Assembly (NCBI GenBank): GCA_963663165.1
Contig: OY760175.1
Location: 3,808,001 to 3,872,000, forward strand
Direction: 5' to 3'
Length of the DNA stretch: 64,000 bases
Source of the DNA: an uncultured Desulfospira sp.
GTDB taxonomy: Bacteria > Desulfobacterota > Desulfobacteria > Desulfobacterales > Desulfobacteraceae
Positions 48,372-57,952 of the stretch are shown in pieces; the stretch's first letter is position 1; each line of letters starts with the position of its first letter. Both the position numbers and the translations under genes were made by a program. The notes beneath the pieces are model-generated. The model saw only the letters and a list, made by a program, of their open reading frames with translations, was not told where the DNA came from and made no database searches.

Positions 48372-50972
48372 ATGGCAACAATAAAAACCAAAGATAAAAC
48401 AGTTCTCAGGAGTCTCGGATTAGGTGGTTTTTTCGGGGGCGGTGCCGAAGGGATGGTGGATGTTAAAAACGGCAAGATCGTCCGCGTTCGCCCCATGAGA
48501 TACGGCTGGAAATACAAAGAAGACGATGTCCGGCAGTGGACCATTACCAAAGACGGCAAATCCATTGGGCCCGGCTGGAAAAGCCTTCCCGGCCCCTTTT
48601 CCCTGGCTTACAAAAAACGGGTTTATTCCCCCAACCGGATCCTGTTCCCCCTAAAACGGGTGGACTGGGACCCCAACGGCGAACGCAACACCCAGAACCG
48701 GGGAAAAAGCAAATATAAACGGATTTCCTGGGATGAGGCCTCAGATCTGATTGCATCTGAAATCAAACGAATTCATAAAAAATACGGGGTCCACGCCATC
48801 CTGATGCAGGGTGACGGCCATGGCGAGTGCAAGTCTATTAACACCCCCCACGGCCATCCGGGAAACCTTCTGGACCACATGGGCGGGTTTACCCTTCAGG
48901 TCCGTAACCCGGACTCCTGGGAGGGCTGGTACTGGGGGGCCAAACATGTCTGGGGCCACGGGGTCCAGGGCAACATGTGGCCGGCCGCCAATACGGTAAA
49001 AGACTGTACCGAACACTCTGAAATGGTCCTGTTCTGGGGATGTGATCCCGAGACCACGCCCTGGGGCTTTGCCGGACAGTTTGCCAGCCGGCTGTGCTAT
49101 TTCTGGGAACAACTGGGAATCAAACAGGTCTATATCTGCCCGGACTTAAACTATGGGGCTGCGGTTCATGCGGACAAGTGGATCCCCATCCTTCCCAATA
49201 CGGACGCGGCCCTGCAACTGGCCATTGCCCATGTCTGGATCACTGAAAATCTTTATGACAAGGCTTATGTGGACACCCATGTGGTGGGCATGCAGGAATT
49301 TGCCGAGTATGTTCTGGGCGAAGAGGACGGCATTGAAAAAACACCGGAATGGGCATCCAGAAAATGCGGCATCCCGGAATGGACCATCAAAGCCTTAGCC
49401 CGGGAATTTGCCCGGAAGATTACCTCTATTGCCCATTATTTCGGCGGCGGACTCATCAGGGGACCCTTTTCCCATGAAAACGCCCGTCTTGAGGTGGTTC
49501 TGCTGAGCATGCAGGGCCTTGGCGGCCCCGGGGTTCACCAGCTTCAGTTCACCTATTTTGGCATGCCCAGAAAAGAGAACCTGGCCGGCGGTATCTGGAA
49601 TCCGGATATTGAAGAACGGCTCTCCATCCCGGTCATGTCATCCATCAGCTCCTGGCAGAAACAGGCGCTTCCCAAATGCCTGGTCCATAAGGCCATCCAG
49701 GCTGAAGGGCCTATTACCTTCTGCGGGACCGGGGCCATTGAGGGGTTGACCCGGGACCAGTTCAACGAATACACCTTTCCCATCCCCAAAGAAGAAGAAG
49801 GCAGTGAGATCCACATGATGTGGACCGACACCCCCTGCCGGATCACCTGCTGGAACGGCGGCAATGAGACCGAGGTGGCGTTACGTAACCCTAAGGTTGA
49901 AACCATTGTGGCCCAGCACCCCTGGCTTGAAAATGACTGCCTCTACGCGGACATTATCCTGCCGTCCAACACCTCCTTTGAAGTGGATGACATTGTCACC
50001 AACGTGCGCCAGGGAACGCCCCAGCCCAATATCATGATCCAGGACAAGGCCATTGAGCCCATCGGGGAATCCAAGAGTGACTTTGAGGTGGTGGTTGAAG
50101 TGGCCAAGAAAGTCGGCCTGGAAAAAGAGATGACCCAGGAACTGACCATTGCCGATCTGCAAAAGCGGATCTGGCATCACATGGGCGGCGAAAAGCTGCT
50201 TCCCTGGGAGCAGTTGGAAGAAAAGAAGTACTGGATGTACAATACCGCCAAAGACTGGGAAAATGATCCTCCGGGGCTGCGGCAGTTTTATGAAGACCCG
50301 GAACGGCATCGCCTGGGCACCCCCAGCGGCAAACTCGAATTTTATTCCGAGTCCCTGGCTGCCCGGTTTCCCGATGACCAGGAAAGACCGCCCATCCCCA
50401 AATGGATCGAAAAAAGCACCATGCACGACGAGCGCCTTTCCAGCAACCGCTCCAAAGTCTACCCCCTGCTGCTCATGTCCAACCACGGCCGCTGGCGGGT
50501 TCACTCCCAGTGCGACGACATTACCTGGACCAGGGAAGTGGGCACCTGCAAGGTTACCGGACCGGACGGGTACAAATACGAACCCTTATGGATGCACACC
50601 TCTGAAGCGGCAAAACGCGGCATAAAGAACGGGGACATCGTCAAAATCTTTAATGAACGGGGAATTGTTCTGGCCGGCGCCTTTGTCACGGAACGCTTAC
50701 GTCCCGGTGTTGTCTATATTGACCACGGTGCCCGTGCCGACGCCATCAAGGTCGGGGAAATTGACCGGGGCGGTGCCATCAACACCATATCCCCTGACGG
50801 CATCATCTCAAAGAACTGTGTGGGCCAGGCCACCAGCGGTTATCTGGTTCAGATCGAGAAGCTCAGCGGGCATGAGATGGAACAATGGCGCAATGATTAC
50901 CCGGATGCCTTTGAAAGGAAATATGATCCAGCCGCAGGTCTCAGGTTTGACGCATGGGTTGTAAAAGACTAA
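48372..50972 (+). CDS. Transhydroxylase-family alpha subunit, DGHGE subtype 2
   Basis: 'QGDGHGECK', 'NPDSWEGWYWG'. Confidence 0.88.
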   Translation: MATIKTKDKTVLRSLGLGGFFGGGAEGMVDVKNGKIVRVRPMRYGWKYKEDDVRQWTITKDGKSIGPGWKSLPGPFSLAYKKRVYSPNRILFPLKRVDWDPNGERNTQNRGKSKYKRISWDEASDLIASEIKRIHKKYGVHAILMQGDGHGECKSINTPHGHPGNLLDHMGGFTLQVRNPDSWEGWYWGAKHVWGHGVQGNMWPAANTVKDCTEHSEMVLFWGCDPETTPWGFAGQFASRLCYFWEQLGIKQVYICPDLNYGAAVHADKWIPILPNTDAALQLAIAHVWITENLYDKAYVDTHVVGMQEFAEYVLGEEDGIEKTPEWASRKCGIPEWTIKALAREFARKITSIAHYFGGGLIRGPFSHENARLEVVLLSMQGLGGPGVHQLQFTYFGMPRKENLAGGIWNPDIEERLSIPVMSSISSWQKQALPKCLVHKAIQAEGPITFCGTGAIEGLTRDQFNEYTFPIPKEEEGSEIHMMWTDTPCRITCWNGGNETEVALRNPKVETIVAQHPWLENDCLYADIILPSNTSFEVDDIVTNVRQGTPQPNIMIQDKAIEPIGESKSDFEVVVEVAKKVGLEKEMTQELTIADLQKRIWHHMGGEKLLPWEQLEEKKYWMYNTAKDWENDPPGLRQFYEDPERHRLGTPSGKLEFYSESLAARFPDDQERPPIPKWIEKSTMHDERLSSNRSKVYPLLLMSNHGRWRVHSQCDDITWTREVGTCKVTGPDGYKYEPLWMHTSEAAKRGIKNGDIVKIFNERGIVLAGAFVTERLRPGVVYIDHGARADAIKVGEIDRGGAINTISPDGIISKNCVGQATSGYLVQIEKLSGHEMEQWRNDYPDAFERKYDPAAGLRFDAWVVKD

Positions 50973-51026
50973 TATAGAGGCAGTCAGTGAAACAACTTAC
51001 GCCTAAGAGACAAATAAGGAGATAAA

Positions 51027-51848
51027 ATGGCCATTATAACAATTACAAAAGCCTCATACAGCAGCGGTGAACAAATTGCCGAACGTCTCTCCAAACGGTT
51101 AAAATACCCCTGGATGGGAAGACGGGAACTGTTTGCCCGTGCGTCTGAAGATTTTCATTTTCCTGAAAAAGACCTGGTCGAGGCCGTGGAAGAACCGGCC
51201 AAGATCTGGCAGCAGGACCGTGAAAAGCAGGCGGCCAACTACAATTTAATCCGGGCAACCTTTCTCAAACGGTGCAGCGAAGAAAAAGGGAATCTCGTTT
51301 ACCACGGCCATGCCGGCCCGGAATTTGTCAGACGGATTCCCCATGCCTTGCGGATACTGGTGGTCGGAGAAATGGAATACCGGATTGAACAGGCCATGAA
51401 AATAGACGGCCTGGACCGGGACAAGGCGATTGAAACCATTCACAAAAACGACAAACGGGTCACCAAATGGTCCCAGCAGATGCATACCGTCAACTGGCGG
51501 GATTTCTCCTGGTACGATATGGTCTTTCACCTTGGCCGCCTGAGCGCCGAAAGCGCGGAAGAAGCGGTGGTTGGCATCATCGAATCCGGCGGGTTTAACA
51601 TTACGGAAGAGTCTAAAAAAGCCTTTTATGATGAATATCTGGGCAGCGTTGTCTGGACCAAGCTGACCAATAATGATGAGACCAGCAGCGCCGTTATTGA
51701 GACCATTGCCGAACATGGCCGGGTTACCATTTCAGGGGTGGCGCGCTCTAAAGAGCAAAAAGAGGCCATCACGGCTTTGACCGCTTCCATCGAAGGGGTT
51801 GAAAGTGTGCAGAACAACGTCGGCATCGGCGCCATCTGGCGCTCCTAA
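51027..51848 (+). CDS. Cytidylate-kinase-like protein with C-terminal BON domain
   Basis: 'IITIT..SYSSGEQIAERL'; 'GRVTISG...GVESVQNN'. Confidence 0.75.
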   Translation: MAIITITKASYSSGEQIAERLSKRLKYPWMGRRELFARASEDFHFPEKDLVEAVEEPAKIWQQDREKQAANYNLIRATFLKRCSEEKGNLVYHGHAGPEFVRRIPHALRILVVGEMEYRIEQAMKIDGLDRDKAIETIHKNDKRVTKWSQQMHTVNWRDFSWYDMVFHLGRLSAESAEEAVVGIIESGGFNITEESKKAFYDEYLGSVVWTKLTNNDETSSAVIETIAEHGRVTISGVARSKEQKEAITALTASIEGVESVQNNVGIGAIWRS

Positions 51849-51938
51849 GCAAAAAGCGTTAAGGCCTTTCCTAAAAAAGAGGCCGGACATGAATTGTGCC
51901 GGTATCTTAACGGTGCTGGATGGATCTGTTTTTTAAAC

Positions 51939-51988
51939 CATGAAGAACAAGGAGAGCATGAAGCAACAAATACTTCATGCTCTTCATG
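51939..51988. repeat. 9-mer-based palindromic REP-like element
   Basis: catgaagaa...agagcatgaag / cttcatgctcttcatg. Confidence 0.5.
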
Positions 51989-52028
51989 TTCCGGGTAAAT
52001 ATTTTGACTCATGAATTTGGAGATAAGT

Positions 52029-52547
52029 ATGATAAAACCCATTCAATCGATTCTTTTTGCCACAAATTTGAACAAAACCTGTATCCCGGCTCTTGAAATG
52101 GCCGCCGCCATGGCCACCCGGCATCAGGCCACCCTGGTGCTGATGCACGTGGTGGAACAGATGCCCGAATACATTGAAACCCGCCTCAAAGGGCTGTTCG
52201 GCGAACAGGAGTATGAGGATATGGTTCAAAAAAAATCCAATACCGCCCGTGCGGCCCTGATCGGCAAAATCTCTGCTTCCGGCCTTGTCCGGGAGGCCCT
52301 TGAACAATTTTGCGCCAATGCCGGCATAGATGATGATGCCTGTGATTACCAGGCCAGGGAAATTGTGGTGACCGGGGGCAATCTGGTGGAAGAAATCATT
52401 GCCACCTCAAAAAAATACGATTGCGGTTTCATTGTCATGGGGGCAAGAGAAGGGTTCCTTACCGACAATTCCATCGGCCATACCATCAAATCGGTCATGC
52501 GCCGGTCTAAAATTCCGGTAATGATGGTCCCCCCGCCCCAGGAATAA
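52029..52547 (+). CDS. Universal stress protein
   Basis: 'ILFATN', 'IVMGA...IGHT...V.R.SKIPVM'. Confidence 0.88.
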   Translation: MIKPIQSILFATNLNKTCIPALEMAAAMATRHQATLVLMHVVEQMPEYIETRLKGLFGEQEYEDMVQKKSNTARAALIGKISASGLVREALEQFCANAGIDDDACDYQAREIVVTGGNLVEEIIATSKKYDCGFIVMGAREGFLTDNSIGHTIKSVMRRSKIPVMMVPPPQE

Positions 52548-52565
52548 TGGGCTTGTTACAGGTAA

Positions 52566-53213
52566 ATGGGGATGGATAAAATTAAATTAGATACCGTTTT
52601 ATCCCGGGTTGGGAGGTTAAAGGAATATGCCAGAAATCAGATCATTTATCGGCAGATGGAAGAACCTTCCGGACTCTTTTTTATCAAAAAGGGCAAGGTC
52701 AGAAATTATATTGTCACTGAAGACGGAAAAGAGAAGACCTGTACCATATCCATTGAGGGGGAATTTTTCGGGCTGGCCTATTTTTTCGATGACGGATTAA
52801 ACGATACATCGGCCCATGCCATGGAAAAGTCCCAGATTTATACCATCGGCCATGACGGGATGGAGCATATCTATCGCCATGAGCATGATGTGGTGGTACA
52901 GATCCTCAAATCAATGGCCCAGAAAATGCGGTTCCTCTCTTTTCAGATGACCAGCCTGGCCTTCCTGTCTGCTGACCGGAAAATTGCACAAATGCTGGTT
53001 CACCTTGCCGAGCGGTTCCATCCCCCAGAGCCGGACCCGTTCCCGATTACCATCAACTGTACCCATGAAGATATCGCCCTGCTGTCCAGCACCTCCCGGA
53101 CAACGGTTACCCAGGTGCTCAACGACCTGGAAAAAAGGCATCTGGTTTCAAAAGGATACCGGTCTGTCATTATCCATGATCTGGAAACCATGAAACGCAT
53201 TATTTTTGAATAA
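52566..53213 (+). CDS. Crp/Fnr family regulator
   Basis: cNMP-binding fold (GEFFG) plus HTH 'THEDIALLSSTSRTTVTQVL'. Confidence 0.9.
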   Translation: MGMDKIKLDTVLSRVGRLKEYARNQIIYRQMEEPSGLFFIKKGKVRNYIVTEDGKEKTCTISIEGEFFGLAYFFDDGLNDTSAHAMEKSQIYTIGHDGMEHIYRHEHDVVVQILKSMAQKMRFLSFQMTSLAFLSADRKIAQMLVHLAERFHPPEPDPFPITINCTHEDIALLSSTSRTTVTQVLNDLEKRHLVSKGYRSVIIHDLETMKRIIFE

Positions 53214-53223
53214 TCGGCTGTAA

Positions 53224-53317
53224 TTGTCGTCTTCAGTACAGTCATGGCGCCCCGTTTCTGAGAAGATGATAACCATCAGCATAGCAAATTAAAAATTTAA
53301 GAAGTTCCCGGCAATAA
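53224..53317 (+). promoter_or_regulatory. Probable class II Crp/Fnr-activated promoter
   Basis: TGT-N10-ACA at 53225-53240; TGnGAAGAT at 53259-53267 gives about -41.5 geometry. Confidence 0.6.
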
Positions 53318-53345
53318 TCTCTTTTAATGATAGGAGTACCATCTT

Positions 53346-55931
53346 ATGCCCAGTCAAGACAAAGAGCACGAGATTGAGAAATCAATATTCAGAGGGCTTG
53401 GCTTTTGTTCAATCACCGCAGATGCCAACAGTGTCCAGGTGGACTGCAACAAAGGCAAAATCATCCGAATACGCCCCCTTCGCTATGATTTAAAATACCC
53501 GGACATCACCCCATGGGAAATCAAAGCAAAGGGAAAGAGTTTTTCCCCGTTGAAAAAATCACTGATTCCCCCCTACAGCCTGGGATACAAGAACCGGGTA
53601 TATTCCCCCAACCGGGTTCTGTTCCCCATGAAACGGGTGGACTGGGACCCCAATGGCAACCGCAATCCCCAGAACAGGGGAAAAAGCAAATACGAGCGGA
53701 TCAGCTGGGAAGACGCCATTGAGATCATGTACAACGAAATCAACCGGGTAAAAGAAACCCACGGTATGGAGGCGATCCTGTCCCAGTCCGACGGCCACGG
53801 GGAAACCAAATGCGTCCACTCGGCCCATGGCTGCCACAGACGGTTGTTAAGCCTTCTGGGCGGATACACCCTCCAGACCCGGAATACCGACTCCTGGGAA
53901 GGCTGGGTATGGGGCGCCAAACATGTCTGGGGCTGTGAGAACTTAGGCGAAATGGTACCGGTCAACAACGTTATCGAGGATGTGGCCAACAATTGTGACG
54001 CGGTCTTCTACTGGGGCTGCGACCCTGAGACCACCCCCTGGGGCTTTGACGGACAGCTGGCCAGCCGCATCTGCTACTGGTTTACCGAAGTGGGTGTTAA
54101 ATCCCTTTATGTGTGTCCGGACCTGAACTACGGGGCAGCGGTTCATTCAGACAAGTGGGTTCCCATCTACCCCAACACCGACGCCGCCCTTTACCTTGCC
54201 ATCGCTTACATGTGGATGATTGAAGGCACTTACAACAAAGAATATATCAAGACCCACGCCGTGGGATTTGACAAGTTTGAAGAATATGTCCTGGGCAAAG
54301 AAGACGGGATTGCCAAAACCCCCAAATGGGCCGCTGAAATTACCGGCATTCCCTCTTACACCATCAAGGCTTTGGCCCGGTACTGGGGAAAGAAAACCGT
54401 GTCCATTGCCATTGGCAACGGCGGCCCGGGCATCCGGGGACCCTATGCCACGGAACCTGCCCGGCTCCAGGTGCTGCTGCTGGCCATGCAGGGTCTTGGC
54501 GGCCCCGGGGTTCACCAGTTCAAAATGATCGAATGGGGCATTTACAATAAAAAGCACAATATCCCGTTGCCCCCGCCGTCCAAATATATCCCCGTACTTT
54601 TGGACGCCAACCGGGGATGGAAGTATCAGGATACCCCCCGGCAGTTTATTCCCAAAAACCGGATCCACGACGCCATCCTGAACCCGCCCATCACCTGGTA
54701 CGGCACAGGCCTGTCTCGGGACAGTGTAGAACAGCAGTTCATCCCCTACAAATATCCCCTTGACGATGCCCCGGAAGTTCACATGATCTGGACTGACTCC
54801 CCCTCATGGATGAGCTGCTGGAACGATACCAACATGCTGGTCAAAGCATTTAGAAGTGAAAAAATTGAATTTATTGTGGCCCAGCATCCATGGATTGAAA
54901 ACGACTGCCAGCTGGCCGACCTGATCCTGCCCTCGGCCACGGTCATGGAAGTTAAAGACATTGGTGTGGAAACTATGAGCGGCCAGTTCTCCTGCGTCTT
55001 TTATGAAGACCAGGCCATCCGTCTGCGGGGAGAATCCAAAAGCGATTATGAAATCGTCTGCGCCATTGCCGAGCGGTTCGGCATCCTGGATGAATACACC
55101 CAGGGCAAAAGCGTGGATGAATGGATTGAACGCGGCCATGAGACCTCAGGGGCCGGCGATGAAATCACTTTTGAAGAGCTCAAGGAAAAAGGCTACTACG
55201 TGGTTCCGCCCGACACCAGCGAACGGGGAACCAAGGCCGGAAAGTACGAATTCTATGAAGACCCGGAAAAATATCCCCTGTCAACGCCGTCGGGAAAAAT
55301 CGAGTTTTACTCAGAACGGCTGGCCACCCATTTCCCCGATGACAACGAACGTCCGCCGGTGCCCCGGTATATTGCCTCAGGCGAATCCCATCAGGAAGAC
55401 CGCTTAGGGCCCCGGGGAAAAGCGTATCCGCTGCTGGTGGTCTCCAACCACCCCAAATGGCGGGTCCACTCCCAGCATGACGACATGACCTGGCTTAGAG
55501 AAATCCATACCTGCAAGGTTAAAGGTCCGGACGGCTACCAGTACGAACCGGCCTGGCTCCACCCGGTGGAAGCTGAAAAAAGAGGCATCAAAGACGGCGA
55601 TGTTGTGATCATCCGCAATGAGCGCGGTAGTGTCATGGCCGGTGCCTGGGTTACCGAACGGCTGCGGCCGGATGTGGTTTACATTGACCATGGCGCCCGC
55701 TGGGATCCCATTGTCCCGGGCGAACTTGACCGGGGCGGTGCCATCAACACCATCACCCCCCATAACGTGACCTCAAAACATGCCGGCGGCATGGTGAGCA
55801 GCGGCTTTCTGGTTGAGGTGGAAAAAGCCGACTTGGATGAGCTGCGCAAGCAATATCCGGAAAGCTTTAACCAACCCTACCATGACGGGGCAGGACTGCA
55901 CTCACAGCGCATTATCAATGGAGGAGAGTAA
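53346..55931 (+). CDS. Transhydroxylase-family alpha subunit, DGHGE subtype 3
   Basis: 'QSDGHGETK', 'NTDSWEGWVWG'. Confidence 0.88.
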   Translation: MPSQDKEHEIEKSIFRGLGFCSITADANSVQVDCNKGKIIRIRPLRYDLKYPDITPWEIKAKGKSFSPLKKSLIPPYSLGYKNRVYSPNRVLFPMKRVDWDPNGNRNPQNRGKSKYERISWEDAIEIMYNEINRVKETHGMEAILSQSDGHGETKCVHSAHGCHRRLLSLLGGYTLQTRNTDSWEGWVWGAKHVWGCENLGEMVPVNNVIEDVANNCDAVFYWGCDPETTPWGFDGQLASRICYWFTEVGVKSLYVCPDLNYGAAVHSDKWVPIYPNTDAALYLAIAYMWMIEGTYNKEYIKTHAVGFDKFEEYVLGKEDGIAKTPKWAAEITGIPSYTIKALARYWGKKTVSIAIGNGGPGIRGPYATEPARLQVLLLAMQGLGGPGVHQFKMIEWGIYNKKHNIPLPPPSKYIPVLLDANRGWKYQDTPRQFIPKNRIHDAILNPPITWYGTGLSRDSVEQQFIPYKYPLDDAPEVHMIWTDSPSWMSCWNDTNMLVKAFRSEKIEFIVAQHPWIENDCQLADLILPSATVMEVKDIGVETMSGQFSCVFYEDQAIRLRGESKSDYEIVCAIAERFGILDEYTQGKSVDEWIERGHETSGAGDEITFEELKEKGYYVVPPDTSERGTKAGKYEFYEDPEKYPLSTPSGKIEFYSERLATHFPDDNERPPVPRYIASGESHQEDRLGPRGKAYPLLVVSNHPKWRVHSQHDDMTWLREIHTCKVKGPDGYQYEPAWLHPVEAEKRGIKDGDVVIIRNERGSVMAGAWVTERLRPDVVYIDHGARWDPIVPGELDRGGAINTITPHNVTSKHAGGMVSSGFLVEVEKADLDELRKQYPESFNQPYHDGAGLHSQRIINGGE

Positions 55932-55933
55932 CT

Positions 55934-56758
55934 ATGGCGAAAGTATTAATCTTTGATGTAAATAAGTGCAACGGCTGTCATAACTGCCAGATCGCCTGCA
56001 AGGATGAACACTGCGGCAATGACTGGCAGCCCATAGCCGCCCCGCAACCGCTGACCGGCCAGTTCTGGTGTAAAATCCATGATAAGGTAAGGGGCCAGGT
56101 GCCCAAGGTCAAAGTGGCCTATACCCTGAACATCTGCCGGCATTGCGACGATGCGCCGTGTATCGGTGCCTGCGCTGATGAAGCCATCTACAAACGGTAT
56201 GACGGCATTGTCATCATCGATCCCACCAAATGCACGGGTTGCCACTCCTGCTTAAAAGCCTGTCCTTACGACGATGTGATCTACTACAACGACACCCTGA
56301 ACATTGCCCAGAAATGCACCCTGTGTGCCCATCTGCTGGACCAGGGTGAAAAAGAGCCCCGTTGTGTAGAGGTCTGTCCCACGGACGCCCTTGTTTTTGC
56401 CGAGGAGAGCGAGGCCAAAGATCTGTTAAAAGATGCCGAAGAACTTCAGGGTTCTTTTAATACCAAACCCCGGGTCCACTACCGCAACCTTCCCAAACGG
56501 TTTATTGCCGGCCTGATCTATGATCCGGACAAGGATGAGATCGTTGAAGGGGCATCGGTAACCGTGACGGCCTCGGACAACAGTGAAGTGGTCACCCTTT
56601 CCACCGATGAATTCGGCGATTTCATGAAAGACAGCCTTGAGAAAGGTGTTTACACCCTGACCATTGCCAAAGAGGGATACAACAGCCGGACCATTGAAGC
56701 CGATGTGGTTGACAAAGACATAAACGTAGGGGATATCCCCCTTTATGCGAACAAGTAA
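55934..56758 (+). CDS. BthL-like Fe-S beta subunit (4x[4Fe-4S])
   Basis: 'CTGCHSCLKACPY', 'TDEFGDF'. Confidence 0.88.
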   Translation: MAKVLIFDVNKCNGCHNCQIACKDEHCGNDWQPIAAPQPLTGQFWCKIHDKVRGQVPKVKVAYTLNICRHCDDAPCIGACADEAIYKRYDGIVIIDPTKCTGCHSCLKACPYDDVIYYNDTLNIAQKCTLCAHLLDQGEKEPRCVEVCPTDALVFAEESEAKDLLKDAEELQGSFNTKPRVHYRNLPKRFIAGLIYDPDKDEIVEGASVTVTASDNSEVVTLSTDEFGDFMKDSLEKGVYTLTIAKEGYNSRTIEADVVDKDINVGDIPLYANK

Positions 56759-56776
56759 CCGGGAAGGAACCAGACC

Positions 56777-57079
56777 ATGAGAGCGATCATCAATATTTTC
56801 TCTAATTATCTTGCTGAAAGTACCGGCTGGCGGGCAAGGGCCATTTCCGTGGAAGGCAAAGAGGCATCATTGAAATCCATTCTGGAAAACAGCCCTCTGG
56901 AAAAAGCTCAGGGCACCCTCCATGAGCTTTTGAGCGCCGGTGACACCTTTAAGGATGATATATCCATTTTTATCAAAGGAGACCTCTACTTTGGGGACAA
57001 AGTAGACGTTCATACCATGATAAAGGACAATGAACAGCTTCATATCGGGGATTGGCCATTTGAGGTCAGAGACGGATGA
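56777..57079 (+). CDS. MoaD/ThiS-like beta-grasp protein ending in -DG
   Basis: 100 aa; 'ISIFIKG...TMIKDNEQLHI' pattern. Confidence 0.55.
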   Translation: MRAIINIFSNYLAESTGWRARAISVEGKEASLKSILENSPLEKAQGTLHELLSAGDTFKDDISIFIKGDLYFGDKVDVHTMIKDNEQLHIGDWPFEVRDG

Positions 57080-57132
57080 TTAGCAGCTGTTGGCTATTAG
57101 CTTTTAGCTGTTAGCCGTTAGCCATTAGCTTT
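57080..57132. repeat. 7-mer tandem repeat (ttagcNN)
   Basis: ttagcagctgttggctattagcttttagctgttagccgttagccattagcttt; similar tracts at 32195-32218 and 45418-45456. Confidence 0.6.
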
Positions 57133-57262
57133 TAAGGGATGACGGCTGTCAAGAAATTTGCTGGAAAAGAAAAGCCATACGGCTTTCTTAAAAAAGGGTT
57201 AAGGGGAGTGAACACAATGTTCACCCTTAACAAATTAAAACATATTGATAAAGGGGGTAACA

Positions 57263-57802
57263 ATGGAAAACAACGCACAGAAAAAATCATGGCCGCCCGG
57301 AGATCTGCCTTACGCCCACAACAGTATGGATCTTAAAAGCGCTGTGACATTAATGGAAGGTGCCCAGAACAAAGCCCGTGAGCTGGGATTTGCCATCACC
57401 ACGGCCGTTTGCGATGCAGGCGGGAACCTGGTTGCGATTCAAAAGATGGATGATGCGGCCCTGCTTACCCTGGAAATCGCCCAGAACAAAGCCAAAAGCG
57501 CTGTTTATGGAAAGATGCCTACTGCACTGTGGCAGCAGTCTTTTAAGGGGCCCTCTGCGGAACTCATCCCCCTTTATTTTCACAGTGACTGGATCACCTT
57601 CATTGGCGGATTCCCGGTCATCATTGACAAGCAGCTCATCGGCGGCTTCGGCATTTCCGGCGCCACCTGGGAAGACGGACTGATTGCCAGGGCCGGATTA
57701 GAGGCCTTAGGGGCCGAGACCCAGGGGGTTGACAAATGCCTGGAAATCATGGGCCCCCCAAAAGAGATGCCCAAACTGCGGTATACCTTTCCGGGATGGT
57801 AA
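57263..57802 (+). CDS. GlcG/HbpS (DUF336) heme-binding family protein
   Basis: 'AVCDAGGNL...MDDA...EIAQNKAKSA', 'GGFPV...IGGFGISG...ED'. Confidence 0.85.
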   Translation: MENNAQKKSWPPGDLPYAHNSMDLKSAVTLMEGAQNKARELGFAITTAVCDAGGNLVAIQKMDDAALLTLEIAQNKAKSAVYGKMPTALWQQSFKGPSAELIPLYFHSDWITFIGGFPVIIDKQLIGGFGISGATWEDGLIARAGLEALGAETQGVDKCLEIMGPPKEMPKLRYTFPGW

Positions 57803-57952
57803 ACACCTTCACCTGAATGGAACCGGTCACGATCAACCGGAACCGCATGAAACTTAATTTTTTAGAACCCGTAAAGCGCATAGAGGATCTCTTCCTTTAT
57901 GCGCTTTATGGTTTTAATTCAAAGGCACAAAAAACGTTCCCACCCTGGCTAT

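Noticed and set aside
36333..55931. Periplasmic DMSO/TMAO reductases
   Set aside because: No twin-arginine leaders or membrane anchors; motifs and beta subunits are transhydroxylase-like
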